From a virus (taxonomy: Duplodnaviria; Caudoviricetes): a stretch of DNA of 38,048 nt. The notes below the pieces were generated by a model. That model was not told where the DNA came from. It saw nothing but the letters and a program-made list of their open reading frames with translations, and ran no database searches. This document shows, in pieces, positions 7,966 to 18,332 of this stretch; within the stretch, counting starts at the first letter, position 1, and every line of letters starts with the position of its first letter. The stretch covers positions 1 through 38,048 of IMG/VR virus record IMGVR_UViG_3300020045_009047. One strand, written 5' to 3'. Both the position numbers and the translations under genes were made by a program.

Positions 7966-8217
7966 TTATTTTTGGGTTAATTGTAATTGTTGTTGGCGTT
8001 CTTCAAGGAGTTCCATTTCATCAATACCCGATAGATTGACAAATTCAGATGCACAATATGCATATTCGTAATTATCTAAACAATAATATGCACCATCAGT
8101 ATCTACCAACGTATGGTACACATTTACTATTTCTCCAAATGCAGGGTCATTGCCTTCAGATGTAGAATTAGTGCTTGCATGTACCCAATTATCTTTTTTG
8201 ATACACATTACTCTCAT
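7966..8217 (-). CDS. Hypothetical protein, paralogue of 11264-11506
   Basis: Shares the C-terminal F..LS.IDE.E...ER motif. Confidence 0.75.
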   Translation of the reverse strand: MRVMCIKKDNWVHASTNSTSEGNDPAFGEIVNVYHTLVDTDGAYYCLDNYEYAYCASEFVNLSGIDEMELLEERQQQLQLTQK

Positions 8218-8235
8218 AGTATTATATTTTTAAGG

Positions 8236-8466
8236 TTATTTAATTAGTCCTTTACGCAGGTAGTTGGCTACAAGGTGTGCAGCATTGAGTGAGTTACTTC
8301 TATCCCTTATACGGATAAGTTTAGCCTCCATTGAACGGATATTCATTTCGGCTTTATCTGCTATCTCTTTTACGGTATGTCCGTTTGATAACATTTTTAC
8401 AATTTGCGTGTCTGTAATTTCTTTCATGTGATGTAATTTTACCGAAGATAGTACACATGAAACCAT
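8236..8466 (-). CDS. LuxR-like HTH DNA-binding protein (true start may be an internal Met)
   Basis: QIVKMLSNGHTVKEIADK..MNIRS.E......N.AHLVA..LRKGLI. Confidence 0.8.
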   Translation of the reverse strand: MVSCVLSSVKLHHMKEITDTQIVKMLSNGHTVKEIADKAEMNIRSMEAKLIRIRDRSNSLNAAHLVANYLRKGLIK

Positions 8467-8528
8467 ATATGCAAATCTTTTTTTGATACTATGTTGCAGA
8501 TTATAACTAAGTAACTGATTACCATAGT

Positions 8529-8560
8529 AAAAAAAGCCATACTCAATAAAGAATATGGCT
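8529..8560 (-). terminator. Intrinsic terminator downstream of the HNH gene
   Basis: AGCCATA/TATGGCT stem followed by a T run on the minus strand. Confidence 0.65.
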
Positions 8561-8729
8561 AATTAAATCTGTTTGGAAGCAGTTACTGCAAATGTCAAAT
8601 TCTGATAGAAACCCGAAGTTCAAAGATAACACCCATATCCCATAATTCCAATACCCCCTTATTTAACTTTACTCAAATAAAACTTAATTACCACAATCCA
8701 TACTTAACCTTACCCCATAATTACAATAA

Positions 8730-9563
8730 CTAAGCATACTTCCATATAAATCCTTTGGCAAATTTTTTAGGACTTCTCTTTATCGCCTTTCTAAATGTAT
8801 TATATTGTGAATTAACTGATTTTGCTGCTTCTATCACAGAATTAAACTCTTTAATAAATATGCCATTAGTATCAAACTGACTTATCTTCTTTAATACTTT
8901 TGGATGTGGGGTATATACTTTTTTAGGTGGTCTAATTTTTGTTATTTTTGGCGGGTTAACCTTTTGTGGCGGCGGGAATACAACATTATCTTGCACTCCA
9001 TTTTTTGTCATATATCTGAATGGTATTCTTATATACCTTTCTCCATTAAGCATACGCCTTATTTCCCTAATACCAATACCTGTTATATTGGAAACATCAA
9101 GAGATGAGTTATAGATTTCGCCAGTATCTATATTGATAATTTTTTTATATCTTGGAGGGCTTTTTTTGCGTGGTAGTTTAACCTTAATTTTAGCATACTT
9201 CATTATTCCTATAGATTGGGCATGACGTATATTTTCAGACTGCGTACACCATTCTAAATTATTAGCCCTATTGTCATGCTTTATGCCGTTTATATGATTA
9301 ACCTGTGGCTTATTCTCTGGGTTCGGATGAAATGCACTACATACAAGCCTATGAATACTGATATTATGCACTTTCCCATCCTTCTTTAATCCTATCTTCA
9401 AATATTTACTTGCCTTAGATATAGAAACAATTAAGTCAGGCTTCCATATCTTTTGCAACTTTGTAAAATATCCAAGTCGCTTTAATCTACCCAAACTACT
9501 AATTTCATATCTACCCGAAAAATCAATCGGTATTATAATAGGCTTCCAAATTTCATTTTCCAT
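8730..9563 (-). CDS. NUMOD4-HNH-NUMOD1 homing endonuclease
   Basis: EIWKPI...YEISSLGRLK (NUMOD4); IHRLVC.AF.PNPENKPQVNHINGIKHDNRANNLEWCT..EN..HA (HNH_3); ISQFDTNG.FIKEFNSVIEAA...AKGFIWKY (NUMOD1). Confidence 0.95.
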   Translation of the reverse strand: MENEIWKPIIIPIDFSGRYEISSLGRLKRLGYFTKLQKIWKPDLIVSISKASKYLKIGLKKDGKVHNISIHRLVCSAFHPNPENKPQVNHINGIKHDNRANNLEWCTQSENIRHAQSIGIMKYAKIKVKLPRKKSPPRYKKIINIDTGEIYNSSLDVSNITGIGIREIRRMLNGERYIRIPFRYMTKNGVQDNVVFPPPQKVNPPKITKIRPPKKVYTPHPKVLKKISQFDTNGIFIKEFNSVIEAAKSVNSQYNTFRKAIKRSPKKFAKGFIWKYA

Positions 9564-10047
9564 AAATTATATATTTTAAAAACAAAGCTAATCACTACTT
9601 TACAATAAAACAAATTTATTATACCGTGCATATCCTTTCTTTAGCCACCCCACCTTTATAGAAGATACCGCACTCAAAGGGGTTTGTCTTTGCTGTTACT
9701 GGGTGAGGTCGAAAAACTATTTGCCGTTTGTTTGCTCCTTAGTTGATTGCTATTGTGTTGGGCTGTTGGTTAATGGTTTGCGCTTAACTGTTATTGGTAA
9801 AGGGATTGACTATTGTATATTAGTTAGTTATGATTTGTTAAAGGGAGTTGTTGATGTGGTGGGGGGATTGGGTTGTATACCTTGTTAGGTTATTGTGGTA
9901 TTAAGTTAATTGGTTATAAAGGAGATGGTATGAGGAGGGGATTATATGGTTAAGTTGATAAAGAAAGTTATAAAATAGTTGAAGGAATGTTTGGAAGTTA
10001 CCTAATCTTTACTATCTTTGTCTAAGAATTACTAAAAACAACTAAAG
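9564..10047. other. Long non-coding strand-switch region with strong G/T skew (candidate origin, terminus or packaging region)
   Basis: Genes diverge from here; only 2 C occur in 9841-9960. Confidence 0.5.
9990..10020 (+). promoter_or_regulatory. Bacteroidota-type promoter for the rightward early operon
   Basis: TTTG(9990)-N19-TATCTTTG(10013-10020). Confidence 0.7.
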
Positions 10048-10551
10048 ATGGATTATAAGGAATTAATTTTATCAGATTTAGAGAAAGGTTACTCAAAAGC
10101 GGATTTAGAAAGATTGATTGGGTTGCCTAAAAATAATCTTGCAGGGGTTTTAAAAGGCAATAAAAAGTTTTCAAGAAAGTCAGAACTAAAGATTGATATT
10201 TGGGAGAAGTCAGAAAAGCCAAGTCCACTTCAAGCATTTGTAATGAATGAAATTAGTAATAATTATGTAAGTAAGGCAAATGGGCTTAAAGTTAAAAAGG
10301 TAAACCCGCTTAACCCTGCTATTGCGGCAGAAGTATATAACGCTACCCATACTGATAGTCAAATGCAGGTAAAAGAAGTCCATAAGTCAGAATTAGAGCC
10401 ACATGGGAAAGAACAGTATAATTCATCCATAGAAGCCCAAATAAAGGCACTAGAAGAAGAATTAAGCCATATATTAGGTACAGGACAATTAGCGAAGGAT
10501 AGAAAGAAGTTCCTGCAATCTAAAATTAATAACCTTAAAAGTAAATTATAA
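10048..10551 (+). CDS. HTH (Cro/XRE-like) DNA-binding protein with coiled-coil tail
   Basis: GYSKADLERLIGLPKNNLAGVLKGNKK. Confidence 0.75.
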   Translation: MDYKELILSDLEKGYSKADLERLIGLPKNNLAGVLKGNKKFSRKSELKIDIWEKSEKPSPLQAFVMNEISNNYVSKANGLKVKKVNPLNPAIAAEVYNATHTDSQMQVKEVHKSELEPHGKEQYNSSIEAQIKALEEELSHILGTGQLAKDRKKFLQSKINNLKSKL

Positions 10552-10703
10552 TGGACAATAGCATTGAAATAACAGATAATAAATGTGATTGTTGTGATGG
10601 CTTTTTGGATGAGTTATCCGAAAATGGCACTTGTTTTGACTGCCTTATGAACTCTTGTATAGCAGGTCAATATGATGAATTAATGAAGTCAACCAAGCCT
10701 TAA
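10551..10703 (+). CDS. Small Cys-rich (Zn-binding) protein, 50 aa, not in the ORF track
   Basis: MDNSIEITDNKCDCCDGFLDELSENGTCFDCLMN...; TAATG coupling with the upstream gene. Confidence 0.6.
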   Translation: MDNSIEITDNKCDCCDGFLDELSENGTCFDCLMNSCIAGQYDELMKSTKP

Positions 10704-10761
10704 CCAATAATATAAACTCTAACCAATGAGCAAAAAGAATTTAAAAGATGAAGGTATGGCG

Positions 10762-11486
<725 letters not shown>

Positions 11487-11506
<20 letters not shown>

Positions 11507-11789
11507 TTCAGCACTTAAAGTTTGTTTAAATACAAAGCCTAACCATAAAAAATATAACATGGAAGATAAATATCTAAATAGATGGATTAGTATTGATGAA
11601 TTATTACCAGAAGATGGGAAATTAGTAATATGTTGGCATAGTGCGCAGTTAATACCTTTTGTTGGATTCCTTTCAAATATAGGATGGAATCCTGTGTTTA
11701 CCCATTGTTATAATACAGAAATGGTTACAAATAAACTTGTTAAAGGCAAGATAACTCATTGGATGTATATCCAACCAATAAAACCTTAA
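11487..11789 (+). CDS. DUF551-like protein
   Basis: WISIDELLPE...ITHWM. Confidence 0.8.
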
Positions 11790-11799
11790 CACAACTAAC

Positions 11800-12093
11800 A
11801 TGACCAACAAAGACAAGATACAGGCAGCGCATTTGGAAGCGATATACCAACCTACCTACATAAAAGAAGATAGTTCTGGGGATAGGAAAATAGAAGGAAT
11901 AGATAATGCCGCCACCTCCTGCACCACCATAACAGCAGAAGCGATTGGGGAGTATGAAAGGTGGAAAGATACATTAGAGTGTATTGATGTAAGTAGCATT
12001 GGAGTTAAAACATATTTTCATAAAGACACTCAAATGATATATGTAGGGGGAGAATTACCGGAACTATTCCTTAACCAAAAAGCTAAAATATAA
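11800..12093 (+). CDS. Hypothetical phage protein
   Basis: ORF in a tightly packed plus-strand run. Confidence 0.7.
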   Translation: MTNKDKIQAAHLEAIYQPTYIKEDSSGDRKIEGIDNAATSCTTITAEAIGEYERWKDTLECIDVSSIGVKTYFHKDTQMIYVGGELPELFLNQKAKI

Positions 12094-12097
12094 AACT

Positions 12098-12364
12098 ATG
12101 GAAAATTTAAAAGAACTATTTAATGTTTATAAAACTACTGATAGTTGGGATATAGTAGATAAAAGCCATGAAAATTTATTTATAATTGGCGCTCAATCCA
12201 TACTTTATCGTGGTGGCGAATTGCTTAATGATTTTTTTAATCATAAGTCAGATGCAAATAAATATCTAACTGCTGAACAGCAAGAAGATTTGGAAAATGA
12301 GTTTAGTGAATATTGCGCCAATCTTCCATATTTTAACTTAACCAACCCCCTAAACACTAAGTAA
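12098..12364 (+). CDS. Hypothetical phage protein
   Basis: ORF in a tightly packed plus-strand run. Confidence 0.7.
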   Translation: MENLKELFNVYKTTDSWDIVDKSHENLFIIGAQSILYRGGELLNDFFNHKSDANKYLTAEQQEDLENEFSEYCANLPYFNLTNPLNTK

Positions 12365-12365
12365 C

Positions 12366-12716
12366 ATGACACAGGAAGAAACGAAAAAAGGTAATAAACT
12401 GATAGCAGAGTTTGAGCATAGAAAATTCTTTGGCAACCTTATAGATAAGTTTGGAGAGGGTACATTTAATGAGTTGCCTGAAATGAATTATCATACCTCA
12501 TGGGATTGGTTAATGCCAGTAGTTGAAAAGATAGAAAAGGACTTTGATTTTGCTTTTAATATATTTAAAAATGAAACATGGATTGCAGATGAAGAATATA
12601 GAAATACTGCTAAAGGATGGAATAGACAAGTAAAAACAGACTCTAAAATAAATTCTGTTTATCAATCTGTAATTCAATTTATCAACTGGTATAACACTCA
12701 AACCCCACACCCATGA
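12366..12716 (+). CDS. Conserved Bacteroidota-phage hypothetical protein
   Basis: NKLIAEF...YHTSWDWLMPVVEKIE motif. Confidence 0.8.
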   Translation: MTQEETKKGNKLIAEFEHRKFFGNLIDKFGEGTFNELPEMNYHTSWDWLMPVVEKIEKDFDFAFNIFKNETWIADEEYRNTAKGWNRQVKTDSKINSVYQSVIQFINWYNTQTPHP

Positions 12717-12967
12717 AGCAGGAAGAAAAAATAAAAAGTGCCTTTAAAAAATTAAACACAGCACATAGTAAATATCAATCTGCTATAGGTTCATTAGAAG
12801 CTGAAATATCTACTGCATTTGATTTTGATTTTAGTATTATTTACCAAAATTCAGATGGGTTTGTTATTGAGCATAATTCATATAATGCCCCTCTATCAGA
12901 ATGTTTAGGAATAATTATCAAAAAAGGGATATTAACAGAAGAAGAATTTTTTAATATATCTATTTAA
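12713..12967 (+). CDS. Hypothetical phage protein
   Basis: ATGA coupling with the upstream ORF. Confidence 0.7.
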   Translation: MKQEEKIKSAFKKLNTAHSKYQSAIGSLEAEISTAFDFDFSIIYQNSDGFVIEHNSYNAPLSECLGIIIKKGILTEEEFFNISI

Positions 12968-12976
12968 CTAAAACCC

Positions 12977-13279
12977 ATGATACAACTCACCCCTACGCTG
13001 TACGCTGTTTTAGTTCCAATACGGTTTAATAAATTTGTTATAAAGCAGTATAACAGAGCAGGAACTTATATTATGGAAACAGATAGTAAAGAATTAAACC
13101 ATTGGAAAGTAAATATAGCTAAAGGCAACTACGAACTACTAGGCACTTACAGCCCTGATGGGATAGACTTTGATTGTGATTTTATGGGTATTGGTACAAA
13201 AGATGCCTTTAGATCATTAATGTATTACCAAAACTGCGACCTATCAAAGAAGTATGTAATTGTTAAAATTAAAAAATAG
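12977..13279 (+). CDS. Hypothetical phage protein
   Basis: ORF in the plus-strand run. Confidence 0.7.
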   Translation: MIQLTPTLYAVLVPIRFNKFVIKQYNRAGTYIMETDSKELNHWKVNIAKGNYELLGTYSPDGIDFDCDFMGIGTKDAFRSLMYYQNCDLSKKYVIVKIKK

Positions 13280-13285
13280 AAAAAA

Positions 13286-13621
13286 ATGAAAAAGAATTTT
13301 GCATTAAGACTTATAAACGACATGGTACTTAATCCATATAATGAGGATGAGTTAAAGGAAACAGAACGTAAAATTAAAATAATAAGGGATAATCAGCAAT
13401 ATACAGGTATATCAAATATGCCAAAAGTTTCCGAACAATTAAAGTACATATCTGATAGTATGCTTATTTATTCTAAAGACGATGAATCTACATTAGGTAA
13501 TTTATTATCTGGGTTAATTACTAATAGAGACCTTTTAGACATACAGATTGAAAAAGTAAGAGCCGAGTATAAAAAAGAGGGAGAGCATTTAAAAGACTTA
13601 ATTAACACCCCACAAAAATAA
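13286..13621 (+). CDS. Hypothetical phage protein
   Basis: ORF in the plus-strand run. Confidence 0.7.
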   Translation: MKKNFALRLINDMVLNPYNEDELKETERKIKIIRDNQQYTGISNMPKVSEQLKYISDSMLIYSKDDESTLGNLLSGLITNRDLLDIQIEKVRAEYKKEGEHLKDLINTPQK

Positions 13622-13656
13622 CAATCAGTAATCATTAACAATGTAAAATATAAATT

Positions 13657-13944
13657 ATGGAAAAGAAAGCATTAAAATCATTTATGAAAGCACACTTTGA
13701 TTTTAGTGGGTTAAAGCAAGTTGGATTTTTCCCTAAGGAAATGAAACACACGGATTATGAAGGTCAAGCAAAAAAGATATGCGAATACTTTGGACTTGAA
13801 TCAATTTATGAATATGGGAAGCATGAAATAAGATGCCATATTACTTATGCCGAAAATGAAAGAAAGACATTTGTAGACAAAGATGGAGCATTAAAACAAG
13901 GAAGTTTTATTGAAGTATTTTTCCCTAACCAATTACATATTTAA
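13657..13944 (+). CDS. Hypothetical phage protein
   Basis: ORF in the plus-strand run. Confidence 0.7.
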   Translation: MEKKALKSFMKAHFDFSGLKQVGFFPKEMKHTDYEGQAKKICEYFGLESIYEYGKHEIRCHITYAENERKTFVDKDGALKQGSFIEVFFPNQLHI

Positions 13945-13950
13945 CCAACC

Positions 13951-14229
13951 ATGAAACAAACAAACGAACCATCCACTCCATCCACAGAAAGGGTAAGTAC
14001 TCCGTTAATGGAACTAATTGAACGTATTGAAATAGCCAGACAGAGGGGAGGGAAGAAGTTCCGTCCTGCGTTTGACTACTGGCTGCATGAAGCCAAATCC
14101 CTACTCCCAAAGGAAAGGAAAGGATATGAAGATGCTTTTACATCAGGATTGCAAGATTGGCTGGCTGACCCACCAGAAGAAAAGTATAATACCGCCGCCG
14201 ATTACTTTAATAAAACATTCAAACAATAA
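13951..14229 (+). CDS. Hypothetical phage protein
   Basis: AKSLLPKERK..EDAF..G...AADYFNKTFK motif. Confidence 0.7.
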   Translation: MKQTNEPSTPSTERVSTPLMELIERIEIARQRGGKKFRPAFDYWLHEAKSLLPKERKGYEDAFTSGLQDWLADPPEEKYNTAADYFNKTFKQ

Positions 14230-14232
14230 CCA

Positions 14233-14634
14233 ATGAAAATAATAGAAAACATAACAATATTCAAATGTGATTTCTGTAAAAAAGAACTAAAAAGAAAGTA
14301 CGCAATGGAAGCACATGAATTAAGATGTGGGAATAATCCAATTAACGATAGAGTATGTTTACATTGCCCTCATCTTGATAGAAAAGAAATAGAATTTGAT
14401 ACAGGTATTTCAACTTATCATGGATTTGAGCCAGTATATAGAAAAGCACAAACATTTTATTGTAAGGCTAAAAATATTCTATTACTTCATCCAAAAACAG
14501 ATTACCTAAAAAGCGACCTTAGTTGGGTTTATCTTGATAATAAAGAAACAGAGCAATTCCCAATGCTTGTAGATTGTGAAGTATATGAAAATGATAAAAA
14601 TAATAATGAGATTATTTTACAATCACTTTTTTAA
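14233..14634 (+). CDS. Cys/His-rich Zn-finger protein
   Basis: FKCDFCKK......MEAHE.RC..NP.N...CLHCPHL. Confidence 0.8.
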   Translation: MKIIENITIFKCDFCKKELKRKYAMEAHELRCGNNPINDRVCLHCPHLDRKEIEFDTGISTYHGFEPVYRKAQTFYCKAKNILLLHPKTDYLKSDLSWVYLDNKETEQFPMLVDCEVYENDKNNNEIILQSLF

Positions 14635-14662
14635 TAACCTTTAAAACAATAACCTTTAAAAC
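14633..14662 (+). repeat. 15-bp tandem duplication
   Basis: AATAACCTTTAAAAC occurs twice in tandem. Confidence 0.9.
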
Positions 14663-14671
14663 AATAGTAGT

Positions 14672-14827
14672 ATGAAATGGATAGCAGAAGATAGCTTTGA
14701 AGTACAATGGGAAGATTTACCAGACCCAACAGAATATGAATGGAGTAAGGTATCAATTATCGGCAATCAAATTTATGAGCCGAAGTTATTGCTATCAATG
14801 GAGCAATTTATTAAGGATGGTATTTAA
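14672..14827 (+). CDS. Small ORF (51 aa) resembling a YopX C-terminal fragment, not in the ORF track
   Basis: ...KVSIIGNQIYEPKLL resembles the YopX VIGNIYENPELL tail. Confidence 0.5.
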   Translation: MKWIAEDSFEVQWEDLPDPTEYEWSKVSIIGNQIYEPKLLLSMEQFIKDGI

Positions 14828-14847
14828 TAACAATTAAACATAAAAAA

Positions 14848-15105
14848 ATGAGAGAATTAAAAGTAGGTCTTACAGTAACGTATTTCGCAGGAAGTGATGA
14901 ATCAAAAAAACTTCCTAATGGCATGACTTCTGCCCCCGCAATTATAACACAGGTGTTTGGGGAGGGTAACGATGTCAAGCACGCTAACTTAGTTGTATTT
15001 ACAGCAAACCCAACAGGTGACCCAGTAAGACAGGAATTTAGTGTTATGAATCAGCAGCACCCAACATTTTATGGCAATGAAGGGTGTCCACACTTTAACT
15101 GGTAG
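14848..15105 (+). CDS. Conserved small phage protein
   Basis: VG..VTY......PAIITQV.....NLVVF motif. Confidence 0.8.
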   Translation: MRELKVGLTVTYFAGSDESKKLPNGMTSAPAIITQVFGEGNDVKHANLVVFTANPTGDPVRQEFSVMNQQHPTFYGNEGCPHFNW

Positions 15106-15113
15106 TAGAAAAC

Positions 15114-15151
15114 ACATCTGTCACATGACTCCTTAAAAATGTGACAGATGT
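15114..15151. repeat. Perfect 13-bp stem hairpin
   Basis: ACATCTGTCACAT-N12-ATGTGACAGATGT. Confidence 0.85.
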
Positions 15152-15678
15152 TGTATATTATCCACCATAATCCTAAATCTGATGAAATTAAACAACAATT
15201 TAAAAATATGACCAGAGAACAAATAATAAGAGAGGTTGCCAACTACCTGCGTCCGTATGATGCAAAAGCTGCTGACTTAGCACTTGAATGTATATCTTCT
15301 AATGAAACCTTGGAAATAATCCCTGATGCTATTTTAAAATATTTATGCGAAAGTATAGAATACGCAAAATTAGTTCACGATGATATTAAAAGAGTTTCTG
15401 TATATGGAGGTTCAGCATTTATAATTTTTAACGATGACACCACTTATAAAATATCATTCCAAAGTTACAATAATGAAGTATGTGCTGATTCAGCCCAACC
15501 ACAGGAGGCAAGGGAGGAGTATAATGCAGGGTTAATTTGTGAACGTATCCTATGTAAAGATGAAATTGAAACACTTAAAAAGAAACTGCAAAAGGAGGAG
15601 CAAGACCATTATTATACAAGATGTGCATGGGAACAAACCAGTTTACAATTACAGAAATTTAAAAATAAAGACAAATGA
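15148..15678 (+). CDS. Hypothetical phage protein (start possibly at an internal Met)
   Basis: 176-aa ORF in the plus-strand run. Confidence 0.7.
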   Translation: MLYIIHHNPKSDEIKQQFKNMTREQIIREVANYLRPYDAKAADLALECISSNETLEIIPDAILKYLCESIEYAKLVHDDIKRVSVYGGSAFIIFNDDTTYKISFQSYNNEVCADSAQPQEAREEYNAGLICERILCKDEIETLKKKLQKEEQDHYYTRCAWEQTSLQLQKFKNKDK

Positions 15679-15860
15679 ACTACTACATTTTTAACAGAGA
15701 AAATGACACATTAGAGAAAGATGATGATGCAGAATTGGTTAAATTAAAGTCAAGCGATGAAGTATATAACTTCTTGCGTAATGACTGCCAGTTTTCTGAC
15801 GATTGGATAAGTAAGAATTATTTCATAATGAAAGGGAGTAAAATTTTGATTCCCGAATAA
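15675..15860 (+). CDS. Small hypothetical protein
   Basis: ATGA coupling. Confidence 0.65.
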   Translation: MNYYIFNRENDTLEKDDDAELVKLKSSDEVYNFLRNDCQFSDDWISKNYFIMKGSKILIPE

Positions 15861-15968
15861 AAATAAAACTATGGTAACATATACTGGAATTATAATAGGG
15901 TGCTTATTGATTGGCTATTTAATTGGTCATGCTATGGGGGTATTAGATGAAACTAAAAATAGGATAAA

Positions 15969-16226
15969 ATGAACTACTGCCCTTATTGTCAAATAGGAAT
16001 TAACTATGACCAAATGAAAGCAAAGCATTGTAATAACTGCGGGCATGATTGGGAAATATTTCATGTAATACCTGTTAATGATGCTAAAGAACATCGTGAG
16101 AGTTATATATGCCATTGTTTACCAGAAGTTAAACACGAAAGTGGCAATATGATTATAGTACATAACTCTTTTGATGGGCGTGAAGGAGTAGAATGGGCTA
16201 ATGAAATTTTAAACAACAATAAATAG
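15969..16226 (+). CDS. Cys/His-rich metal-binding phage protein
   Basis: CPYC..CNNC, then HVIPVND..EH....CHCLP...IVHNSFDGRE. Confidence 0.8.
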   Translation: MNYCPYCQIGINYDQMKAKHCNNCGHDWEIFHVIPVNDAKEHRESYICHCLPEVKHESGNMIIVHNSFDGREGVEWANEILNNNK

Positions 16227-16229
16227 ACC

Positions 16230-16502
16230 ATGACAACTGAAAATGCTTTAGAATTAGTAAAAAAATATGCTCAACTCGCTAAATCTTCTTTTGGTGGAGA
16301 ATTGGATTATAAAATTATACCGTCAAAACAGTTTTATCACTTAGCAAAAGAAATTGCCGAAAAGGTAAATGTTTGGCAAGAGCAAACTATTACACTTCAT
16401 AAGATACTTTATAAAATTCTGAATGAAGATAAGCCAACTTACACAGTAAAAGAACAGAAAAAAATTAAACAAATTATTAATGAACATTTAAATGGAAAAT
16501 AA
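16230..16502 (+). CDS. Hypothetical phage protein
   Basis: ORF in the plus-strand run. Confidence 0.7.
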   Translation: MTTENALELVKKYAQLAKSSFGGELDYKIIPSKQFYHLAKEIAEKVNVWQEQTITLHKILYKILNEDKPTYTVKEQKKIKQIINEHLNGK

Positions 16503-16833
16503 ATTTATAAAATCAGACTTTAAACAGGATAATTATTTAGGTACTTTTTATTATAAAAAAAGAAACGTTGGACACTTTAACGAACAGGTTGCCAGTATAG
16601 CTAACTCGCTTAAAAACGGACACTTGGTTTCTATAATGTCATTACCAACCAATATGAAATATATTGATAGGGTTATGTATTTTTTATATGCTAACTACAA
16701 TATCAAGCCAATCGTTACTGAATGTTTCAGAAAGCAAGAGCCAAAGCACAGGCTTAATAAGGATAATTGCGGTTATTATATAGAAAATATTCCGCAGCCT
16801 GATGTATTTTGTGGATGGAATTTAAAACTTTAA
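16492..16833 (+). CDS. Hypothetical phage protein
   Basis: Overlaps the upstream stop. Confidence 0.7.
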   Translation: MENKFIKSDFKQDNYLGTFYYKKRNVGHFNEQVASIANSLKNGHLVSIMSLPTNMKYIDRVMYFLYANYNIKPIVTECFRKQEPKHRLNKDNCGYYIENIPQPDVFCGWNLKL

Positions 16834-16859
16834 ATTATAAACCAATAAAAAATAAAATC

Positions 16860-17204
16860 ATGGAACAAAAAACAAATGATAATGAAATGTCTCAAATGGA
16901 ACGACATGTAAGAAGGTTTTTAGATAAGTACAAAAAGCGAGATGAATATGAAAAAAGCAGTTCTGAAAAGTTCGCTAAAAAAGTCCAGTCTCAAGAACCA
17001 AATAAAAATGATTATAATATGGGTTTTGGTCATAACGAAGCTGACAGGTATAAAAAAGATATAGAAAGATTTACGGAAATTGCATATACGGATATTGAGG
17101 TAAAGCGACTTATTGACAAAGCTTGCAAAATGATGGATGCTGGCAGGACTATTAATAGGCAAATAACAGTTGATGTATGGTGGAACGATAATAAGAAAAA
17201 ATAG
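16860..17204 (+). CDS. Hypothetical phage protein (start taken at ATG MEQK)
   Basis: ORF 16809-17204 with an internal ATG preceded by an A-rich leader. Confidence 0.65.
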   Translation: MEQKTNDNEMSQMERHVRRFLDKYKKRDEYEKSSSEKFAKKVQSQEPNKNDYNMGFGHNEADRYKKDIERFTEIAYTDIEVKRLIDKACKMMDAGRTINRQITVDVWWNDNKKK

Positions 17205-17373
17205 TTTTTAGGAGGTATTTATTAAAATAGTCACATGAAAAAATTAATAAACTTAATGCTAATAAGAATACAGAAAGACCCATCAATATTTTTGTATATA
17301 GTAGCTTGGGTATTTTGTATTTCAATATTAATTTCATTCGCTTTTATATTATTAATAATTAAACAATAAAAAC

Positions 17374-17928
17374 ATGGAACAAAAAATAACTCGCAACTCG
17401 GAGCAATCAAAAGAGTTTACAGATGCCCTAAATTTTGTATTGAACTACAGGGAGAATATGGAAGGCATGCATGGATTTATACCAAGTTCAGATTTGGCAG
17501 AAATGCTTGTAATTTATAATCAATCCCAACCACTACCCAATACAGTAAATGAGGAACTAGCGGTAACGTTAATTTTAGATATACAAGACTATCTATATGC
17601 ATATATGCACAACAATAAAATTGAAGCGTTAAGAAAAAAGCATTTAACAGATGCCGCAAAATATGTTTATAATAGAATAGAAAAATCATTTTCCCATCCA
17701 GTAAAGGAAGCCAATACAGTACCACAGGATGATGGGTGGGTAAGGGTGGAGGATGATTTACCGGAATTACATCAGAGTTGTTTAGTTTATTATTCATCAA
17801 ACTTTTCAAGTCCACATGTAAGAACAGCAACATATTTAGGTAATAATTATTTTTCGACAAGTGGAATACAGGATAATAAGCCTATCGTTACCCATTGGCG
17901 CAATCTCCCTCCCCCACCAGTACAATAG
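17374..17928 (+). CDS. Protein with a C-terminal DUF551-like domain
   Basis: GWVRVEDDLPE...VTHWRNLPPPP. Confidence 0.8.
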   Translation: MEQKITRNSEQSKEFTDALNFVLNYRENMEGMHGFIPSSDLAEMLVIYNQSQPLPNTVNEELAVTLILDIQDYLYAYMHNNKIEALRKKHLTDAAKYVYNRIEKSFSHPVKEANTVPQDDGWVRVEDDLPELHQSCLVYYSSNFSSPHVRTATYLGNNYFSTSGIQDNKPIVTHWRNLPPPPVQ

Positions 17929-17975
17929 CTTAAAGTAAGATGTAAAATAAAATTTAAACTTTTAAAATTTAAAAT

Positions 17976-18317
17976 ATGGGAATATATATGTATGTGTCCA
18001 ATGAGGACAGAATTTCAAAAAGAAAAGTTTCTGATAAAGAACTAAACGAAGAATTTCAGGAAGCATTAAAGTATGACCCATCACTAATGATTGAAGAAAG
18101 TCAACGTGTAATAAAAAACGGATGGTTTGGCAAAAAGGAAATCTTTACTTTTTATCAACTATACCACGAAACACCTGCGTTTGATGGTACTGCTTATCAG
18201 GCTCGCTATCAAATGTCTGGGTCTGGTAAAAAGCATATTGTCACGGCATACTTACACGGTTTGATAAATGGATGTGTCCACCGTGAAATGACGGCTGATA
18301 TTAAAAAGATTAATTAA
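17976..18317 (+). CDS. Hypothetical phage protein
   Basis: Last ORF of the plus-strand run. Confidence 0.7.
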   Translation: MGIYMYVSNEDRISKRKVSDKELNEEFQEALKYDPSLMIEESQRVIKNGWFGKKEIFTFYQLYHETPAFDGTAYQARYQMSGSGKKHIVTAYLHGLINGCVHREMTADIKKIN

Positions 18318-18332
18318 CCTACTTGATTGGTA

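Noticed and set aside
9703-9888. 61-aa Val/Gly/Leu-rich ORF
   Set aside because: Its composition is simply the translation of the G/T-skewed tract; it has a GTG start and no A-rich leader.
14633-14662. 15-bp tandem duplication as a target-site duplication or regulatory repeat
   Set aside because: The copies are adjacent with nothing between them; this is most simply slippage or a recombination scar at a gene boundary.
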